Shown piece after piece: positions 26,300 to 39,368 of a stretch of DNA of 64,000 bases. Positions within the stretch are counted from its first letter, which is position 1. Each line of letters opens with the position of its first letter. The notes below the pieces were generated by a model that was not told the DNA's origin, did no database searches, and saw only the letters and a program-made list of their open reading frames with translations. A program made the translations under genes and the position numbers. This DNA comes from Epiperipatus broadwayi (Eukaryota > Animalia > Onychophora), in contig JAQFVV010000003.1 in NCBI GenBank assembly GCA_028023455.1, forward strand, positions 868,001-932,000, in the 5' to 3' direction.

Positions 26300-28400
26300 C
26301 TTTAAACAGTTAAACAGCTCATTAATTAAAACGTTGATGATGATGATGATGATAATAATAACGATAATGACAAGGGTTTCAACTACAGCTCTAGGACTAA
26401 GCCTAAACATAAAACTAATTTTTATAAAGAAATTCATAATTATTGCTTAATTTTAGCATATTTACTTATATCTTAAATAACTGATATTCAACCACTGATG
26501 ATGATGAATGATCACACTTAACAAAGACTACACTTAATGAAATATATACGCCTCGTTTAATAAAACAAACTAATATTTATTACTGCATTTCTAACATATA
26601 CATAAAAATTTCTAGATAAACATGAAAATTGATATGAATAAGAATAATAATAATAATTGATTATATAACAATCCTCAGATTAATTTCAAGTTCTTCCCCC
26701 TTTCCCTTCAAATGTATATTGTATTAAGTTGGATGTCACATTGACCATGATTTTCACTCCATGAGAAAAGTATTTCAAGAAAAAAAATATTATCCGCTCA
26801 TTAGCACACATACTTTATAAATCTAACATGTAAGTAGAATGTTAAAAAAAAATGTTAATAGAAATTAGAAAAATCAAGTTCTTAGAAAAGAGTTTTAAAT
26901 CATTATCTCCCCCTCCCTTCTAAGCGCTGAAATCTATACTTTCTCAAGACAAAATAATTTAATATTTTAACACCACCTATTATTTCACATTCACTCGCAA
27001 TTATACACATATAAAATATTACTATGTATGTGCGTGTTTTATCCCAAAATAATAATAATATATTAGTTAAAACTAAAATCATAATACCATAAAAAAAATT
27101 ATTTTACACATTAATATTTCATAACTGTAAAATTAATAAACAAATAAATTTTGATACATTCAAAATCATTTATGTAGTTCAAAGCTATTATTATTAAGAC
27201 ATTCTTGGTTTCCATCGATCTGAATTGTCTTTAAAAGTTCTTTAAATAAAATATGTCACTTTATTACTAAATTTTTATTAATACTCTGATTTCATAAAGA
27301 AAATAGATATAAAAGTCATATTACCGATCCAAGGGTTCACTTGTCTTGTATACTGTCTATACTTGGCAGCAACAATTTCCGTGTTCTTTGGAACAATCAC
27401 TTTCTTGAAGTATATAATTATTTGATGATGAGGATCCTATTGAGGTTATTTGCTTTAGTGGATAATTTGGAAATCATTATATCAATTTTTCTTCTCTTCC
27501 TGTCAAGCATTATTCTTTTAGTGAATGAAATACAGCAGTTGTTTTCACGTTATAAATTTCCCGGATTTAAACTCAGTTGTTGGAACAATTAATTGGACTT
27601 GATGATTAATATTTATCGGTAGATTAATTCATCTTTCATCGAATGCAGGTGAATGCTTTCTTCCTTCTATTAAAAACATCTTATTTCTCTGGTCAGTTGA
27701 AAGGTGTAGAATATTATTTTAGACAAAACATCTTTTCTTTCCTATATGATGTGCAGCTTCCCAGATGGTCAGGCAAAGATGGGACATACATATAATTTTT
27801 CTAGCCAGTCATTTCTTATATTTTCAACATTCAATTTAATAGTCTAATAATCTGAATCATAATCACAATAATAATAATTCAACTGATTTTTCCAGACAGC
27901 TTTTTATATCCAATTTTTGAGCTAACTTAACCAATCAGAGATAGCGTCACTTGCTATTTTTGGACAAATTCGTTTTAATTAGATCTCTAATTTATTTTCA
28001 ACTAAATTATTTTTCAACTGAAAAGTTTAAAGAACATAAAAGTTTAATCCTTTTTCCAGACACTTTTGTTTGGAAGGAAAAACTGACTCAATCCTTTTTC
28101 TGTCTTTTTTCACATATATCTGTAATATTTAAAATTGGAGTTTCTTTCCTTTAATCCTTAGGTGAGACAATTTCAAAATCAGACCTCACAGAAAGTTTAA
28201 GCTCCAAATAACAAATAATCATTTACAAAAACAAAACTGCTACAAAAATAGATACCTCATTCAACAGATATTCTCTTTTAACACAAAATTGCGCAAAAAA
28301 AAAAAAATAATTTGACAGATTTAACCCTTCTAGTACAAACTGTTGAATAAAAAAAAAATTTAACAGATTTTCTCAATTTTCTTTCAATATTTAATAAATA
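26300..28400. promoter_or_regulatory. CpG-retaining region, candidate unmethylated promoter or first-exon zone
   Basis: Visibly more CG dinucleotides (acg, cgc, ccg, atcg, gcgtcac, ttgcgc) than the CpG-poor flanks. CCAAT at about 27931 lies next to a GCGTCAC (half-CRE-like) site. Confidence 0.4.
27325..27436 (-). CDS. Candidate exon DPHHQIIIYFKKVIVPKNTEIVAAKYRQYTRQVNPWI(G), possibly the same gene as 2564-2647
   Basis: Donor G|gtaata in phase 1, compatible with the phase-1 acceptor at 2647. 37 codons plus 1 nt are open. The acceptor aacctcaatag is weak, so it may instead be the 3' end of a non-coding first exon. Confidence 0.3.
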
Positions 28401-28966
28401 AAAAATGTAGTTTATGTATGTAATATATCCAAGCATACACACTGCCATTATTCCAATCATTTATAAATCTGGTTGACTAATAATATAAATGCTAGTTCAG
28501 AAATTATAACCCTAACATTTAAAATTAAATCCTTAGCTTTTAAATCCCAATTACAATTATAGAAAAGCAAAATAGAAGTATAGAATAAGATATTAAAATT
28601 GATCAAGCATAGGTTAGTTTTAAAGAAAGTCAAAGTGTTTAATATTTGAAATATAAAACAATTAAATAACTTACACATACACTGCTTATACGTATGCATT
28701 ATAACTTTGCTTTTTAACAGAAAATTTAAATATTAAATGTGTGTACTGCTCTTTTTGAGATTTATTAACACACAAACAAGTAAAGCATATAATTGCTGTC
28801 CCACTCTCTTTCTGTCTAAAGTGTTTAAAATTTTGATCTGGTAGGGTTTGAACTTGGATGCCCTACAGCTTCTTTTATGGTTATATAAAAATGTGATGAT
28901 GATTTTGTTTTACCTTTTCTACATGCACATTACTATAAATTTAGCTAGTGACTAAATTGTAATGGC

Positions 28967-28969
<3 letters not shown>

Positions 28970-29005
<36 letters not shown>

Positions 29006-29016
29006 CATAAAATAAG

Positions 29017-29048
<32 letters not shown>

Positions 29049-29062
29049 CTTATTTTATGTTA
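28970..29062. repeat. (TA)n tract plus a perfect 60-bp palindrome (29003-29062)
   Basis: TAACATAAAATAAGTT-(AT)n-AACTTATTTTATGTTA read directly. Confidence 0.95.
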
Positions 29063-31749
29063 ACTAGAAAATGTAAAAGAAGTTAAAGCATGGTAACAAG
29101 GACACAATTGTATGATAGGTACTTCTGAAATGAAAAATGATTTCAATAGTTACTCTTATAAAGTTTAAAAAGAAATAACTTTGATTAAGATAGTATTGTA
29201 ATTATTTATGCAAGATTATATAAAATTGATGAATTTGGAGAGAAATGATTTCCCTGTATGAAAATTTTCAAAGGATTGAAAGAAAATATAGAAGCAAATT
29301 GAAAATGGGGATCAAAATCAAATGAGTATAGAAGAGGAAATTGAATGTGTGGAAAAGAAACACATGAATATGGAGTAAAGATTAAAGCAAAGTATGGAAC
29401 ACAAAGGAATATAAAAAATTAAAAATTGAACAGAATGAAATGAACATGAAGAAGTGATCTTATAATTTGGAGAGGAATTTTGAGCAAGTTTAAATGCAAA
29501 ACTCAATAAGATAATAAATTATCTTAAACAAAACTTTCAAAGTTATGTAGATTGAAGTTTTAAAATGTAATGGCAAACTTACAAATTATGGAAGAAAGAA
29601 GTCAATATGTATCAAGAAAGGGAAACTAAAACAATACCATAAGGATAGAAATATTTTAGAAGTGCAAAAAAGATGCATAATAATATGAAGGTTTGAAAGA
29701 GAGAAATGTGTGATATAAAAATTATACTGTAAGAGATAGAAGATCAACATCACCAATAGATAATAAATATAAACAAACAATCAAAAAAGCTGCTGACTAA
29801 AAAAGTCAATTTTGAAACCAAGACCCTTTTACCTTAAATTTGAATGAAGGCTAAATAAAAGAAAATATGAAAATATATAAAGAAAATGTAGAACAATTTA
29901 ACCCATTCATAATTAGAAAAGAAAGCACCCTTGAAACAATATCAATACATGTGATGGACACAATTTGAGGGAATGATACTGTAGAAATAAAAAGGGTTTT
30001 CCAAACTTATGTTCAAAATGAAATTGGTGGGATTTTAAATAAGGCACAACAAAATGGGAGTGATGAAATTGTTTATTCTGAACTCAGAATTTGTTTTTAT
30101 CATATCAACTAAAAAATATTTATCTCAAAGGAAATTAGTGAAAATGTGAAACAGAAGAATGAGATGTTCATATGAAATATATAAATATTTTAATAGTAAA
30201 CCAAAATTATTAAATACTTGCTTTTTATTTCAAAGTAACAATTGTAAAAAAAAAAAAAAAACACCAAAATTACTGTATCATTAATAAGCTGCATGGATTA
30301 ATTATCATTACAAGCAATTACAGATAAATATGGAAGAAGGGAACAACAATAGAAATATCACATGAAAACATACTAGGCACCATTCTATTTATACTTTGAT
30401 TAAATGTCAAATTTGTTGATATTAGCATACTAATACAATAAGTGTATGATACTACCCCTTTGTATAGTATGGTATTTTTTTTAAAGGAATAAATAACTTA
30501 TATAAATAAAAATTATAAAATTGTTAATAAAGAATCAAATAAAAAACTAAACATATGGACTACCTCTAACTATTAATACAATTTAAAACAAAATAAGAAC
30601 TAATGCAAAACCTGCAGAAAGAATATAGTCACTTATATGATCAAATGTACCAAAAAAAACAGACAAGAACAATAAAAAAGAGTAATGTCACTATTGAGCA
30701 ACTTGTCAATTAATTCAACACAGTTTTGTAATCACACACTAAATATACATCAGTAATTTAAATATAGCAAAATATTAATATCAGTTTGCATATTGATGCA
30801 TACATTTAGCAAAGTTAAATACAAAATCTGTGGAAGCCCAAGATGTCATAACAGAGTATAAAAATCAAGTAACAACAAATAAAATATTTAATTAAAATTT
30901 TTTTAAAAAAAAGATTAAAAAAATTGAGGCTCCATATTACTTTGGCAATAGAATTAGTAAATACCATCATCCAATTAAAAACTCTTAAGTTTCAACTTAA
31001 TACCTGTTTTATTGAAGAAATATAATCAATATATTATGAAATATAAACTGATCATTCTCTAGCAAAAAAGTAACCATATGTTTTAGAAAGAAAATATTGC
31101 ATCAGTAGCCAACATTAAATAACTATAGAAAATATTAATTCCAAAATACTGGCTAAGATTCTAAAAAAAATTACATACATTAATAATTGCTAGTAGTGCT
31201 TTCTATACAACTTAATCTCAAATCGCAATTTTAAACCTACATCTTTAACAAATACTTGTCTTTTAAGATCATGTTAGGATATAAATGTAAGATTCATAAA
31301 TTTAATTATGATGTGATTCTAAATAAGTGTTATTAATATTAAAACTATAAAAAGTTGGCTTTCTTTTGTCATACTGTCTTTCTGGTACCAAGAAAACAAA
31401 ATTTAAAAAAAAAAGATTGCTTTATATAGTCGATTAAAAGATTTTATTTTAAAATCAAAAATTGAAATATGTTTTTAAATAATTTATAAAATTCTTAAGG
31501 GGCATTCTATAATTTGGAGTATTAACTGAAATACAAACTTATTATATACCTGTATCAATATATGTAATATATAGGGTATATGAGCACAGATTTTCACACG
31601 ACCCACCACTCACCACTCCATCTCATATCACTGATACACTTGAATACATATATGTTGAAAAAATAAATAATCACCAATATCCATGTTTTATGCTAAACAA
31701 GCACTCATAAATTGGTTCAGATTATCATCTCTACACATATATGCAATAA

Positions 31750-31990
31750 GTGCTAAGATATATATTAAGATAGTCAATCCATACTTTAATGGACAGCCTT
31801 CAATCCACTCCACACTCTAACCCTTCAACCGTCCATTCAATTAAAAATCTGATGATGGAATGCTCAAAGGCCAACATGAGTCCAAGATTCTTGTCACACC
31901 CATGTTGCCCTAAATTCAATCTGACCCTTCATGTACAGGACATAATCCATTTAATACATATACAAAAGATGGGCAGACATCTCTACTATG
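31750..31990 (-). mobile_element. Short LINE (L2-like) RT remnant
   Basis: Minus strand reads DKNLGLMLAFEHSI, similar to the (V)KNLGVxxD..L.F..HI segment of L2/CR1 RT. Flanked by duplicated taatttggagtattaa and taactgaaatacaa motifs. Confidence 0.3.
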
Positions 31991-33419
31991 TAATAACTGA
32001 AATACAATCTTATTAATTTGGAGTATTAAAAAATATGCTTATACATAAAACAAAAAAAGAAGAAACTTTATGAACAGTGAAAAATATAAATAACATCAAT
32101 GCCAATTGTATGAAGATTAAAATGCATTTTAAATCAAGCAAGTTTTTACTTTAATATACCATGAAAATTCATTGTGAAGCCTAACAAGCACATATATGCG
32201 TATATATTTTTACATAAAAAAACTTTTTTTCTATTTTTTTAAAACTTAAAAACAAAATTTGAAAGTAAAATTTATCGACTACATAGAAAAGTTGGAATAA
32301 TATAAACTGAGATAATTAAGATTTAAAATTTTTCTTTTTGTTTTCTGAATAAAAAAAGAATATTAATTAATTGGAATTTATTAGTTTTAATAACTTGCTT
32401 TTACTTCTTCTGTACATTTTATAATATATTCCAATAGCAAAAAAAATAAAGAGAATGTATTTTTTTTTATTTTGTTGAGGAATTTATTAGGAGTTTGACC
32501 GAACTGATCACAATTCATGAAGTCTGGCCTTCTATTAGGGTACCAAAACGTACAGAAAATAAACATCATTATTTGCAATACGATATGTTGAATTATAACT
32601 AATGACTCTATATAAATTATGGCAAATTAGTCCATCAGTGCAGGGCACTTAGTATCTAGATTCTACCTTAACCCAAAGTTTTTCTGGCTAATATTATCAG
32701 TCTATGCTATAATGGCCCTGATAACTTTAGATTAAAAAATAACATAAAGGTATATATTATATAAAAAGTCTATGCCAAAATATTTAAGAAAAACTATGAA
32801 ATATAAAACTTTCTTTTACTATTAGCACAACTTTTATTTAAATAACATTATTTTAAATGTAGTAGATTAAAAAATAAATCTTTCATAAAACCCATGGAAA
32901 TAGATAGAAGTCTCACTTGTTTAAATAAAAAAGATATGATCTTCAAAATAATTTAATATTTGACAATTCCTATTCTTACACAACTTTTCATAATTTCAAC
33001 CAATATATTATAATTTTGTATTACTTTGTTGTTGACTTTTTTAATAATTAATTTAAAATGCAATGAAAGTTATTAGTACTACTGTATATAAATTTACAGG
33101 CAGGCCTCTTTTTTTGGAATCCAGTCACTCTTGCTGTGAATATATAATGGTTAATGTTATTGAGACATTGACAAGTAATTTTGGACATGATATATATCCA
33201 CATTAATAATAAAATTGTTTCAGGACTTCCCCTATTTATTGTTTTTTTTTATATATATTTGAAAAATATCTAAAAAAATCATATAGCATCTTTTATATTC
33301 TTATACACATAGACATTGAAAAGTTCAAATAAAATCAGAATACACAAGGCTATGTTTTGGATTTTCTACATCTTATTAGTTCAGCTAAACCCTAAACCTC
33401 ATCTTTATAATTCACTATT

Positions 33420-33469
33420 TAATAATAACCAATATATATATATATATATATATATGGTTATTATTATGG

Positions 33470-33513
<44 letters not shown>

Positions 33514-33516
33514 ACC
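33420..33516. repeat. Compound (TA)n tracts with inverted-repeat arms
   Basis: taataataacca-(TA)n-tggttattatta, then ggtta-(TA)n-gtaacc. Confidence 0.85.
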
Positions 33517-36500
33517 AGTTGGCTACATGGCTGCATTAAAAGAAAAAGATGATAAGAATTAGATAGTTGGCAGTACATTCCTCAGATTTAATTAAAGGAT
33601 TATTTTATTAATTGGGAAAAGTAATATTTAATTTTCTTAGACTTATTTTTTAAAGGGTTATTAGTTAATTGGATATTTTTAAATCCCCTTATGATAGTGT
33701 GAGAATTATCAAATATTTAATTTGTTAAGTATAATTTTAATATGAAAATTATTTTAATAAGTTGTAAATGATTATAAAGGGGAAACAGAGAATTGTGAAA
33801 GAATGAAAACAAGTTTTTTTACTCTCTCCCTTTGTAGAAGTTATAATTAACTGTTTTAGTTTAAACTATAAAAATGTATTAAGAAAAGAAATATATTATT
33901 TTTCTTTGTTTTTGTATCTTATTTAATTAATGTTAATTTTAATATTCTTTTTGTAAAGAGATTGTTTTATGTTTGAAAGTATTTTTTTGTAAAAGAAAAA
34001 AAATATTTTCAGAGTTATTTTTCAATGTCTTTGATTAAAGAGGTAGATGGGAATTTATTTAATTGGTTGTTGTAGAAATTATCATGTGAGAGACAAAATA
34101 TGATTGGCTTATAGATAAGATTATTCTAAAAAGGAGAAAGAAGCATAAGTCTTTACCAAGCTATTGAATATAATAGCAGAAGTTTTAATCAAGCTTTTAG
34201 CATACTGATTTCTACAATGAAAACCATGTGCTAAATTCAGCTAAAAGTTAGGTATCACCTTTCTCCATGTGACCTATCTTCACTGGAAGAAAATGTTAGA
34301 AAGGTATCCCCTACACTAGTCTGCAACCTTGTCATCAACCAATAGCATAAAGTCTCTGTCTACTTCTGTCTCACCTGGAAATTTAGGACAAAATTTGCAA
34401 TTTTTCATTTACTTGGAATTTCTACAGACCCAGAAAATGACAAATTTAACCAGTCACATGTTTAGGGGCCTTCTGGGGAAAATACAATCAAAAAATTGGA
34501 AATTGCAATTGGAAAGACCTCTATAAACAAGAAATCCATGACTAGATATATTATTTCTTTATGTGTGCACACTATTATTTTTTGCTATTTCTAAAACCCA
34601 GTCAAATTTCTGCTATAAATAGTGAAATAGTTTTAAAGAAAAAAAAATCTGTTGTAAAGTGTTAAAAAAATTTTTTCTTGTTAAGCTGAATCAAAGATTG
34701 ATATCTTTGATTCTGAACATGTTAATTAATTCTTAAATATTTTTAAAAAAATTAAACCAAAGATTGTTATCTTTGATTTTGGAAATATTGTGAAAATAAA
34801 AAGAATCTTAACTATTTTAAAAAAATAGTTTAATGAATTTAGATAACTAAAATCAACTAATTGGTTAATATAATTTTATCAAACTGTATTTTTTTTGATG
34901 AAGTGGATGTTTGAAATTACCTACTATCATGTCATTTTTTGATGTTAATTAATTAGAAATTAAATAATTATTTTTTAAACTAAAAATATGTGTTTAGTTT
35001 TAGGTTCTTTATTCTATCCAATTCCTGTTTCATGAATTGTAGTATGTGTAATCTTATTTCATGACAGCTTATATTCTAGGATTTATTTATTTTTGATGAT
35101 CCCAATAAAGCTATTTATTTATAAGTAGGGGGAGCTTATGATTTACTTAATGTTTTTTAATAAGCTATTTTATTTATTTCTCTCTTGCTCACAATAATAA
35201 ATTATAGAGTTCTTGCTTGCTGGGCTAGATTCACATATAACAGCTATGTAAAAAGAGGGTGTATAGTAGTGTATGGGCATCCAGTTGATAATAGTTCAGG
35301 AGTGGTACAGAGAGAATATTCTTTAAAGTCCATGCACAAAATTTTATTTAGTTTAGTCTCTGTTAAACATTAAGTTTATAGTTGGCTTAACTATTGATTT
35401 ATTTTATAGTTGATCATTCATGAAAATGACTGAGTTATACTTATTTTTAATGCTGATGCATTTAGTTAATTATACTTATACTTAAGATAGTTAATTGTGC
35501 TGATCTCTTAGAGTGATTATATTTTATATTAAATATTGATAGCTAACTTTATATTTATTTTGAACTAGAGTTGATGATGATTTGCCATCACCCCATGTTC
35601 AACCCCAAAAATGGTGGTGGTATTATAAATGTCACCCAACTTGTGGGACCTCTATTTCCATACTGTTACATATGAATATCCAATTGTGGGACATTGTAAC
35701 CACAGATTCTGGTATATTAAATCCCTGGTTTTCTATTAGCATTATAATATGGAAATATTACTATATCAAAAAAATGAATCATGATAATGTTTTCCATATA
35801 TAATTATGTCCAGTATCTATATTAATTAAATGTGATTTGTAATTGCAACTAAGTCCTTGACTGTAAATTGATTATAGTAACATATAATATAATAAAATAA
35901 AAATTATGGTAAAAAATATACCATTTTAAATTAAGATTACCAAAATTTTATTTCAATTAATCATGAAAGATTAAGCTTAGAATGTAGAAAACTAAATAAG
36001 TTAACCTCTAAATCCATGATTGTATGTGAATCTAACTCATTTTATATTTTCCAATAGTTTTCAGGAATAGACACTTTGGTATATTAATTAATTAATAAAC
36101 AATTTTTAAGTAGTTCATTCTAATTTAAAAGGCCATCTCTAGGGTCCCTCCTGAGAAGAACAATAAAAAAATATATTATTTAGATGAAAATATAAAAGGT
36201 ACATTACTTGATTTGTTAATGTTGATTTTTATGAAATTTTTAGGTGTATTTTTTGTCTTATTTTTACTTAAAAACAATAATAGGATGATTAGCTAAGAAG
36301 GCTTGACTTTCTAAAAAATGTTCATGATTTTTCTTTTCTCTCCAATTTGAATTCCACTCATATCTCTTTGACATATCTTAGTCATAAATATGCATATATC
36401 ATTACCCTATGAAGCTTTTCTTGAACTGTAATATATATATTATAAAGGAGGTTGTCATGACAGCAATTTGAAAATGTTAATTGTTATTGCTATAGTGATT

Positions 36501-37033
36501 GTGTAAGTGTTGATTGGCTTTTAATTATAGCTAATCTTCATTTATTTTTTAGTTTTCCCTCTTAATTTGCAAAATACAATTCATAAGTGTCAGCATGGAA
36601 AGTTTAAAAAATCATTAGATGAAAACAAGAAATAAGACTAAAGATAAATGCTTAAGAATTAAAAATAATATTCAATGGACTATAGCATAAGAAGAAAATG
36701 AAGATTGATAATAATGAATAAATAGTTAACAATTACAAATGCATTGGTCAGATTACTAATTCAATTGAAAGTATCTCAAAATTAAACTTATATCGAATGG
36801 AGTGATATAAATAATTTAGTTTAATATTAAAAGTAAATATGCACATGTGCTTGAAAATAAAGGTTGTAATAAATGAATTTTAATAGTAGTTTTATAATAT
36901 AATGAAAAAATGTATGTTGAGTGTAATAATAAAAGATAAAAAAATGGAACATGACTAAGAGAACAAACAGATATCACTGACATCATTGAATGAATTGAAA
37001 GATTAAAATGTAATTGTGGTATGCTGTTAAATC

Positions 37034-37180
37034 AGATGACAATATAAGGATAAGTGAAATCTTAATTGCATTCAAAAGTCTTGTAAAAGACTTAGAAAAA
37101 GACTACATATGAGATAGATAGTTGTGAAATGATATGGTAGAGACAGCTATGTATTGAAGAAACTAGTTTAAACTTGAATA
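37034..37180 (+). repeat. Second copy of the dispersed repeat at about 945-1110
   Basis: Shared agatgacaatataagga..gaaatcttaa.tg..ttgtaaa..acttagaaa..atatg.ga.atagatag. Confidence 0.6.
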
Positions 37181-38116
37181 AATCTTTATTCTATAGTAAC
37201 TGATAATGCTGAAAGTGTTGATAATGATGATTATGACTATTTTAAATCGATGCAATTCTAAATTAGTTTAAAATTTGTCTCTATTTTAAAGCTACTAATA
37301 ATTGCTTTTTTAGTATATGTTAATTTAATTAGCTTCTAAACAACACTTATTTTAATATTTTCATTAAATGAAAAGTTCGCTTCTTTTGTGTTTGGTACCA
37401 ACGCTAATCTGATTTTTAAAAAAAATTGAATCGTAATCACTGTTTTGTAGTAAAAATATTTTATAGTTCGCTATTGTCATCATTATAAACAAATAAAGAA
37501 AACAAAACTGAATGAATAAAAACAAATTAATATGCTTTTTTAAATGTATAAATCACTTTTCAAAAACAATTGTTATTCACTTTTTTTTTTCAACTATTAT
37601 ATCATATAACTTACTGTATAGAATGTCTTAACAACTGTGGCATCCTTCATTTGAATTATTAGTGGTACTTTAATTCTGCCCTAAATTCAAGAATCTCACA
37701 GGACTGAAATGAAGCTTCTTTGTCTCATTCTATCATTTGCATTTTTTTTCATTTTAAGCCATTGAGTATTTATTCTTTAATTTCAATATTTAAAATTTTT
37801 ATGAAGGCAATTGGTTATAAGACTTCTCCATTTATCATCATCAATATCAATTACTTATAACAAATGTGACTAACTCCATAAAGAAAAAAGCAGAAAGGTA
37901 ATAATAATACATTAGAGATGAGTTTCACAATGACAATATATTACACCCTTAAAAACACTAATACATTCGCATGTAAATCATGTTAAGTTCATTGTTCTGT
38001 TTTATTGGATACTTTGTGGTGCTGTAGTTTAACCTCTTCTATAGCAAACTTTTCTTATTTGAAGAATTTTAACATTTTCTCTAAATATAGCTCATTTTAT
38101 TTAATCCTAAGCCATA

Positions 38117-38224
38117 TTTTTTTTTATATGTCATAGCATCAGCCAGGACGTAAACCCACAACCATCTGCAACCAACTACTTGCTTGCAAGGCAGTTGCGA
38201 TGACCTCTCGGCAACCAATAGTGC
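38117..38224 (-). mobile_element. tRNA-Gly-derived SINE copy (same family as 280-379)
   Basis: Minus strand GCACTATTGGTTGCCGAGAGGTCATCGCAACTGCCTTGCAAGC..GGGTTTACGTCCTGGCTGATGCTATGACATAT plus an A-run; shares the CGAGAG.TCA head and GATGCTATGACA tail with 280-379. Confidence 0.7.
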
Positions 38225-39091
38225 ATTTTTTTTAGTTTTGTTGAGATAATGTTTATAACATAAATGGTATATCATAAAATTACTTTTTAGAAAAAATATA
38301 ATTTATTGTTTCACATGTCTAGTCTAATAAAGATGTGCTGTAAATATGTGCTCAGAAATATATTGATTAATCTTATGATCTTTGAGTAGTATTTTTAGAA
38401 TTTTAGAAAGCACATAATTTTTCTAATGCTTTTAAGTTGGAGTCCAAGTCTTGCTTCAGCACAATAAATTAAGTAAAAAATAATTCTATATACAATTAAT
38501 TTCATTGTAGTAATTATAATATGGTAACGAAATAGTCAGTCTTCATTTTAATTAACTTGTTAATGGCAGGCACAGCAGATTGTAGTCTTTGTTTCATTTT
38601 AATATATGAGTCCACCTTTCTATTTATAAGTTTTAAGCTATTTAAATTGACTCATATTCACTTTTGATAACCGTCCAAATGAACAGATGCTAAATATTTT
38701 TTCTTCATCATTCTTTATTTACTATCATCCAGCTTATTTTAATTATAAAAATTATAAAAATAGATTGTTGTGAATTTTAAGTTGTTTTAGAACATGTTTC
38801 TTTTAATTTTCAAATACTTTTTTTTTTGCTTTGTAAATCGTTCTAGTTTTTTCAATTAAAACAGTAAATTCATTCCTGATATCATTAGCCTCTGAACATG
38901 ATTGGCCAGCTTTATAAATATATGTTATACACATTTATTTTTTCAAGAACTGTATTGCAATTAAGAAGATTTTAACAACAATTGCCTAATTAAAAAGATC
39001 TCTTATTGTCAAAGTGCATATTAATCATCATTTATACATTTCTCCTAATACAATTTTCTTCTTCATTTCTTTATGTATTGATTGATTTCTA

Positions 39092-39368
39092 TATTTACAT
39101 ATGATACCATTTCCAACTTTTTTAATATACTTAATAATACTATATTTTACACCAAAACTTCATTCTTACAATTTTGACTGTCCTGCAGTCATCATCAGAG
39201 CTACAATATTCAAATATATAATCATACAATTAATACATTATATTTATATATATAATCAATAACATATATCTCAGCCTGACCATTATAAACTGTAAGAGTA
39301 AAGTTTTGGTGTAAAAAATAGTATTGTTAAGTATATAACAAAGTTGGAAATGGTATCACATGTAAATA
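39092..39368. mobile_element. MITE-like inverted repeat (arms about 80 bp, spacer about 115 bp)
   Basis: tatttacatatgataccatttccaactt..ttacaccaaaactt..tcttaca (39092-39170) is the reverse complement of tgtaagag..aagttttggtgtaa..aagttggaaatggtatcacatgtaaata (39291-39368). No clear TSD. Confidence 0.75.

Noticed and set aside
29200-30100. Purine-rich stretch resembling a decayed gag/ORF1 leader
   Set aside because: No diagnostic motif, LTR or PBS could be found; left unassigned.
32387-32578. FWYPNRRPDFMNCD as a Tc1/mariner WPxxSPDL motif, or a 60-nt plus-strand exon
   Set aside because: The similarity is too weak, there are no TIRs or other transposase motifs, and the donor site is poor.
34230-34500. 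Minus-strand splice-like signals or LINE ORF1-like text
   Set aside because: All frames are closed by stops and the motif similarity is too faint to call.
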